Shown here: one piece after another, positions 59,350-64,000 of the stretch
Layout: the number at the start of each line of letters is the position of its first letter
Position numbering within the stretch: position 1 is the first letter of the stretch
Origin: an uncultured Verrucomicrobiae bacterium
GTDB lineage: Bacteria; Verrucomicrobiota; Verrucomicrobiia; Chthoniobacterales; UBA10450
Reading direction: 5' to 3'
Assembly (NCBI GenBank): GCA_963801815.1
Contig: CAWDGJ010000003.1
Coordinates: forward strand, 224,001 to 288,000
Length of the DNA stretch: 64,000 bases
Program-made: the position numbers and the translations under genes
The notes under the pieces: model-generated
What the model was told of the DNA's origin: nothing
Databases searched by the model: none
What the model saw: only the letters and a program-made list of their open reading frames with translations

Positions 59350-59414
59350 TTTCTCATCAAAACGAAAACGAGCGGTTGAGCAAAATATTTTCCTGAGCGA
59401 AAGAAAGCTCACGC

Positions 59415-60053
59415 ATGGTTACTCCGGAGGAACACTTGTCCGCAACGGATCCTCGGATGGCCGCGCTCATCGCGCGTTCGGTTCGTTACAACGTAAAGCC
59501 AGGCGGATTAGTCCGCCCGTTCGACGCACTCGCTGAATCGATCGCTTATCAACAACTCAGCGGCAAAGCGGCGGCCACGATCTGGAAGCGCGTGCGCGCG
59601 CTCTACCCAAAAAGAAAATATCTCGATCCGCGATTGGTGCTCGCCACACCGGACAAAAAACTTCGCGGTGCGGGCTTATCGCGCAGCAAGGTAGCGGCGA
59701 TTAAAGACCTCGCCGCTAAGACAATCGATGGTACCGTGCCGACTGCGCGCGCTCTGGAAAAAATGAGTGACGACGAAATTATTGCGCAGCTGATCACGGT
59801 CCGCGGAATTGGGCGCTGGACTGTCGAGATGCTGCTTCTCTTCGATCTTGGCCGGCCTGACGTCTGGCCAGTGCACGATTATGGCGTCCAGAAAGGGTTC
59901 GCGAAAACGTTTGGGAAACGAAAGCTTCCGAAGCCGAAACAGCTCTTGAAGCTTGGCGAGAGATTTCGGCCCCATCGTTCGGTAGCGGCGTGGTACTTTT
60001 GGCGCGCGTTGGACGCTCCGGAAAAAACAAATCGCTTCGATGCAGAATCGTGA
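59415..60053 (+). CDS. alkA: DNA-3-methyladenine glycosylase II (AlkA/HhH-GPD)
   Basis: YQQLSGKAA, GLSRSK, RGIGRWTVEM, DVWPVHD and RPHRSVA motifs. Confidence 0.9.
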   Translation: MVTPEEHLSATDPRMAALIARSVRYNVKPGGLVRPFDALAESIAYQQLSGKAAATIWKRVRALYPKRKYLDPRLVLATPDKKLRGAGLSRSKVAAIKDLAAKTIDGTVPTARALEKMSDDEIIAQLITVRGIGRWTVEMLLLFDLGRPDVWPVHDYGVQKGFAKTFGKRKLPKPKQLLKLGERFRPHRSVAAWYFWRALDAPEKTNRFDAES

Positions 60054-60170
60054 TTCAAGATTCGCGAATCGAGAATCGGCAAACCCGATGTAACGATGTA
60101 ATGGCGTAGCGAATCGCGCGGCGCGACGCGCATTGACTTTAGCGGCGTCGATCATTAAAACCCGGACGTT

Positions 60171-61079
60171 ATGGCAATGATTCACGTAAATCGGGGCGCA
60201 ACGAGCTTGGGCGCATTTCCGGAAGACCAAGTTCGCGAAGCCATTCGCACGGGACGTTTTCTGCCAACCGATCTCGGTTGGAAAGAAGGTATGGCAAACT
60301 GGCAGCCACTTTCCCAATTTGCCGAGTTCGCTTCGGACTTTCCCGCGGCAGCTCCCGCCGCAGCGGCGCCACCACCCCAAACTCCCGCACCAACGCCAGC
60401 TCCGGCGTCTGCTGGGCCGGTTGCAACAGCGACATCATTCGCGCCGCGGAGCGGACTACCTTGGGACGAACGTCACACGAAGGGTTTGTTCAGTGCTTTT
60501 ATCGAAACTTTGCAAATCGTTTTGAGCCGCCCCAGTCAGGCGTTCACGGTCATGCGACGCGAAGGTGGTTTGGGTGAACCGCTGCTCTATGCGTTGATTG
60601 GCGGAAGTTTCGGTCTCATCGTCTATTTCGCCTACAACCTGGCGTTTCAGTCGATTGGGATGTTGGGAAATCGGTCAAACCCGTTTCTTCACATGATTGG
60701 AACCGGCGCCGGATTCGTATTCATCGTTATCGTAGCGCCGATTTTCGTCGCGCTGAGCGCGTTCATCGGCTCGGCTATCCTGCACGTTTGTTTGATGATC
60801 GTCGGCGGCGCCAAGCAATCGTATGAGACAACGTTCCGAGTAGTCTGCTTTTCAATGGGTTCGGTCGATCCGTTGATGATAGTCCCCCTTTGTGGCGGCT
60901 TGATTGTGGCCGTTTGGCGAATCGTGTTGAATTGCATTGGCTTGGCTCGCGCGCACGAAACCGACACCGGCCGCGCCGTGCTTGCTGTTTTCCTGCCGCT
61001 GATCGTTTGCTGCGGCGGAGGGCTTTTGATTGCGATGATGTTTGGGGCGCTGGGTGCATGGAGCGCCTCTCACCATTAA
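60171..61079 (+). CDS. GYF_2 (DUF4339) + YIP1 membrane protein
   Basis: LGAF...DLGWKEGMANWQPL, Pro/Ala linker, LPW..R, five TM helices. Confidence 0.8.
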   Translation: MAMIHVNRGATSLGAFPEDQVREAIRTGRFLPTDLGWKEGMANWQPLSQFAEFASDFPAAAPAAAAPPPQTPAPTPAPASAGPVATATSFAPRSGLPWDERHTKGLFSAFIETLQIVLSRPSQAFTVMRREGGLGEPLLYALIGGSFGLIVYFAYNLAFQSIGMLGNRSNPFLHMIGTGAGFVFIVIVAPIFVALSAFIGSAILHVCLMIVGGAKQSYETTFRVVCFSMGSVDPLMIVPLCGGLIVAVWRIVLNCIGLARAHETDTGRAVLAVFLPLIVCCGGGLLIAMMFGALGAWSASHH

Positions 61080-61088
61080 GTTGGCGCA

Positions 61089-61514
61089 GTGCGCATTCGT
61101 TCACGACCACCTCAACCGGGCGAGATTAACCACGAGCTGATCTGGCTGGCCGTTTCACTCGGTGCACTCGTCCTCGCGGGGAGTTGGCTTCGGCTTGGAC
61201 TACCGTGGCCGCAGTGCGCGTTCCATTCGTTGACGGGTCATCCGTGCCTTACCTGCGGCATGACGCGGTCAGCGATTCGATTTTTTCACGGCGATTTCAG
61301 CGGCGCGTTGCGATGGAACCCGCTTGTCTTCGTGGCCCTGTGCGGACTGTCGATCTTCGATGCTTACGCTCTTGTAGTGTTGATTTTTCGGGCACCACGG
61401 CTGCGACTAATTCAATTCAGCACCGCGGAAAAGAGTTTTCTCCGTGTCGCGGCGATCGTCCTTCTTTTGGCAAACTGGATTTATTTGCTCTCGCGGCCGC
61501 CTGGCATGTTCTGA
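61089..61514 (+). CDS. DUF2752 domain membrane protein
   Basis: CAFHSLTGHPCLTCGMTRS...A...NP. Confidence 0.88.
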   Translation: MRIRSRPPQPGEINHELIWLAVSLGALVLAGSWLRLGLPWPQCAFHSLTGHPCLTCGMTRSAIRFFHGDFSGALRWNPLVFVALCGLSIFDAYALVVLIFRAPRLRLIQFSTAEKSFLRVAAIVLLLANWIYLLSRPPGMF

Positions 61515-62200
61515 ATTTTCTTCAAACCGGTTAGCTCCGATTTCGTGAGCGGCCGCCAATGACCGCGCGGCAGATCGCCCAATCCTAGGTTTCCGATTCG
61601 AATGCGGATGAGCCGTTTCACCTCGTAACCAACGGCATAAAACATCCGGCGAATCTGTTGGTTGAGCCCTTGCCGCAGGACCACTCGCAGCCGCGTCGGT
61701 CCAATCGAATGCAATCGCGCAATGTGCGCGCGTTTTCCGTCGAGCACGATTCCGCGCAAAAGCTTTGGCGCCAGAGCGTCGTCCCATCGCCGATCGAGGG
61801 TCACCTCGTATTCCTTTTCCACGTTGAGCCGCGGATGCGTGAGTTGTTGGGAAAGATCACCGTCATTTGTCAGCAATAGTAATCCTTCACTTTGAGCGTC
61901 GAGACGGCCGATGTTGAAAAGGCGCGGAAATTTTGACGGCAATAGATCGAAAACTGTGTCGCGAGCGTGCGGATCGTTCCGGGTTGAAACAAAACCGGCC
62001 GGTTTGTGTAACGCGATTGTCATTGTCCCCGCGACCCGGACCAGCTTGCCGTTGACTTTGACGTGATCGCGCTCGCCCGGTTGCGTGCTGAAATTAGTGC
62101 AAACGCGTCCGTTGATCGTAACGCATCCGGACGCGATCAGTTCGTCACATTTGCGTCGGGAAGCGACGCCAGCTGCCGCGAGAAAACGGTTCAGCCTCAT
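61481..62200 (-). CDS. rluB: 23S rRNA pseudouridine synthase (RluB/RsuA family)
   Basis: MRLNRFLA.AG S4 domain, GRLD..SEGLLLLTNDG, EKEY and QIRRM motifs. Confidence 0.9.
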   Translation of the reverse strand: MRLNRFLAAAGVASRRKCDELIASGCVTINGRVCTNFSTQPGERDHVKVNGKLVRVAGTMTIALHKPAGFVSTRNDPHARDTVFDLLPSKFPRLFNIGRLDAQSEGLLLLTNDGDLSQQLTHPRLNVEKEYEVTLDRRWDDALAPKLLRGIVLDGKRAHIARLHSIGPTRLRVVLRQGLNQQIRRMFYAVGYEVKRLIRIRIGNLGLGDLPRGHWRPLTKSELTGLKKIQNMPGGRESK

Positions 62201-62213
62201 GGCTAAACCGGGT

Positions 62214-62288
62214 GAGAGTTGTTGGTTGAGAGTTGAGTTATCAAAGCGGAGAGAACTCTCAACGCTCACCTTTCAACTCTCAACTTCT
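62214..62288. repeat. 7-nt periodic inverted array (GTTGAGA / TCTCAAC)
   Basis: gagagttgttggttgagagttgag ... aactctcaacgctcacctttcaactctcaact. Confidence 0.75.
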
Positions 62289-62290
62289 GC

Positions 62291-62446
62291 CTAAGCGTCC
62301 GGCTTGGTTTTTGGAAGACCGATTACTTTGCGACCTTCTTTCCATTGGCCGCGTTTTTTAAGCAACTCGACCCGCTCAAAACGCTTCAGAACGTTGCGCT
62401 TGGCGACGATGGTGCTGGTTCCTCTGAGACTGCGATGCTGCGACAT
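62291..62446 (-). CDS. Small basic protein, PVC superphylum signature protein
   Basis: 51 aa, MSQHRSL...KRNVLKRFERV..L...G.W......GLPK. Confidence 0.9.
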   Translation of the reverse strand: MSQHRSLRGTSTIVAKRNVLKRFERVELLKKRGQWKEGRKVIGLPKTKPDA

Positions 62447-62511
62447 AAATTGAAAACGAGCGCCCAAGCTACTGCTAAGTTGACAATTTTCAAACGCCAG
62501 ATGCGCGGCGA

Positions 62512-64000
62512 TTACAATTGGTTGGTCAGGACAACATGCTGCCCCGAAGCGGTAACCTGGTGATAGATATGAAAGCGCGTGGTAAGTAACTCTTGCCAAT
62601 GCGGAATACGGTCCTCCTTGAGGATGAGATAGATTCCCTGCGGATCTCCCCAGCGTCGCAGGATCGCGTCCTCGGTCACGGCAACATCTCTGCCGCCGGC
62701 GATGTGCATCTCGTCATCCGCAGGCTCGTTCACGAGGTAAAAATAATGGTGCAGATAAAAAACAAGACTACTGGCATCGTCCAGTTCGCCTTCATAGACC
62801 ACGGCGTCCGTGTCGGTAAGCCGGTTGTCGAGGGCGCGCGCCACATTGGCCAGGGAGAATTGTGGTGCCATGCGTGCGATTCCGTCCGCTAGGGCAAGCG
62901 CGATTGGGATCATTGCGAGCGCCAGAACAGCAAGGCAGAGCCGGGGACGGTTCTTTGCCGCGAGATAGAGAGCGATCAACGACGCGAGAATCAGCGAGAC
63001 CGCAATCACGACAAGCATTGGCCGTAAAACCGACCAAGTGGAAGCCGGCAGCATTTGTAACGCGTCCCACGCCGTCCAACTGCCGTCGCCGTTTTGGTCA
63101 TAATGTTCGCGTCCTTGCATGATATTCGGCCGAATCAGAGTCATAAGGCCCGAAGCCACGCCGAAAATTCCGACTAGCCCGGAACCGGTGAGCTGCCAGT
63201 ATCGTGGAAGTCGTTCCCATGCGGTCGCAATGAAAATGGCGAAGCCGGTCCACATGCTCATCGAATAGTAATCTTGCCGCTGTCCAATCACGAGCAGCGG
63301 CAAGAAGGCAACCGCCATCCAGGTCAACGGCAGTGCCTCGCCGAACGAAAGCTCATTCGGTCTGACCACCTTTCGCCAGGCAACAATGGCTCCGGGGAAC
63401 ACCGCCACCGACCACGGAAACCACCAGATGACATGCAACCATATGAAACGAAATCGCGGAACGCCGTTATCGCTGCCGGGAACATCCCCAAACGACCGTA
63501 AGTGACCGATCCACTCGACTCGGAATAGCTCGCGCAAGAAACCGGGGAAATGCCGCTCGATGGCGACGTACCATGGGACGAAAAGCAGGATGAAGGTCAG
63601 GATGTAAGTCCAATGGAAAAGCCGCGCGAAACGCATTCGTGCTTCGCGGTAAAATGCCGACAGCAAAAGAAAAATCGCCAACGGATAAATCAGGCCGAGC
63701 AAACTTTTGGTCAAACAGGCAAGGGCGCAACAGATCCAAAAACCAAGAAACCATCGACCGCGGCTACGTCGCCGCTGGTAACCGCACACGCCGCAAAAAA
63801 TCGCGCCGGCCACAAAAGCGCTGAACAGCGGCTCCGGCATGAGGACGCGCCCGAGCACTGCCGTCCCAGCGCAGCAGAGGTAAACCAGGCCCGCTAAGAA
63901 TCCGCGCCAGTAATCTGCGAGCTTTTCAGCGGTCAAAAACGTGAGCGCCACGGTTGTGATCATTGCCAGGGCAATCGGCAAGCGCGCTGCAGCCGAATTA
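62512..64000 (-). CDS. ArnT/PMT-like GT-C glycosyltransferase (5' end outside window)
   Basis: RLP.AL, MPEPLF, LACLTKS..G, PWY and PWS motifs; many TM helices. Confidence 0.85.
   Translation of the reverse strand, partial: NSAAARLPIALAMITTVALTFLTAEKLADYWRGFLAGLVYLCCAGTAVLGRVLMPEPLFSAFVAGAIFCGVCGYQRRRSRGRWFLGFWICCALACLTKSLLGLIYPLAIFLLLSAFYREARMRFARLFHWTYILTFILLFVPWYVAIERHFPGFLRELFRVEWIGHLRSFGDVPGSDNGVPRFRFIWLHVIWWFPWSVAVFPGAIVAWRKVVRPNELSFGEALPLTWMAVAFLPLLVIGQRQDYYSMSMWTGFAIFIATAWERLPRYWQLTGSGLVGIFGVASGLMTLIRPNIMQGREHYDQNGDGSWTAWDALQMLPASTWSVLRPMLVVIAVSLILASLIALYLAAKNRPRLCLAVLALAMIPIALALADGIARMAPQFSLANVARALDNRLTDTDAVVYEGELDDASSLVFYLHHYFYLVNEPADDEMHIAGGRDVAVTEDAILRRWGDPQGIYLILKEDRIPHWQELLTTRFHIYHQVTASGQHVVLTNQL

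Noticed and set aside
1..64000. CRISPR array, tRNA/rRNA genes, prophage or IS elements
   Set aside because: No regularly spaced direct repeats with unique spacers, no cloverleaf other than tmRNA, and no transposase, integrase or phage structural motifs were seen.

Overview
Gene-dense 64 kb core-chromosome segment of a Verrucomicrobiota bacterium, probably Chthoniobacterales/Spartobacteria-like. This is inferred from the PVC signature small basic protein, a MurC-MurB fusion and a LysM gene inside the dcw cluster. The window holds a complete dcw/cell-division operon (mraZ to ftsZ, minus strand), a family-B DNA polymerase, exbB-exbD-tonB-guaB3-fabF, rarA, comEC, trmB, msrA, tmRNA, a two-component pair, a sulfotransferase/glycosyltransferase cluster, a ferredoxin plus flavodoxin-less CysJ-like reductase, and envelope/lipid genes. 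I saw no CRISPR array, rRNA, tRNA, integrase or transposase. Blocks ~1.9-14 kb, ~24.6-26.1 kb and ~28.5-32.6 kb carry many 1-bp frameshifts in essential genes, most likely long-read or assembly errors, so coordinates there are approximate. The most interesting signals are: (1) a PolB with intact polymerase motifs, degenerate proofreading ExoI/ExoIII motifs and a C-terminal clamp-binding-like hexapeptide; (2) several families of tiny palindromes inserted in frame into proteins (polB, murC, murB, ddl, murE, rarA, a methyltransferase); (3) a GT4-sulfotransferase fusion in a three-sulfotransferase cluster; (4) a candidate two-state RNA switch upstream of an MFS gene; (5) an FtsZ with an altered T7 catalytic loop. 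All family assignments come from motif recognition by eye; no searches were run.
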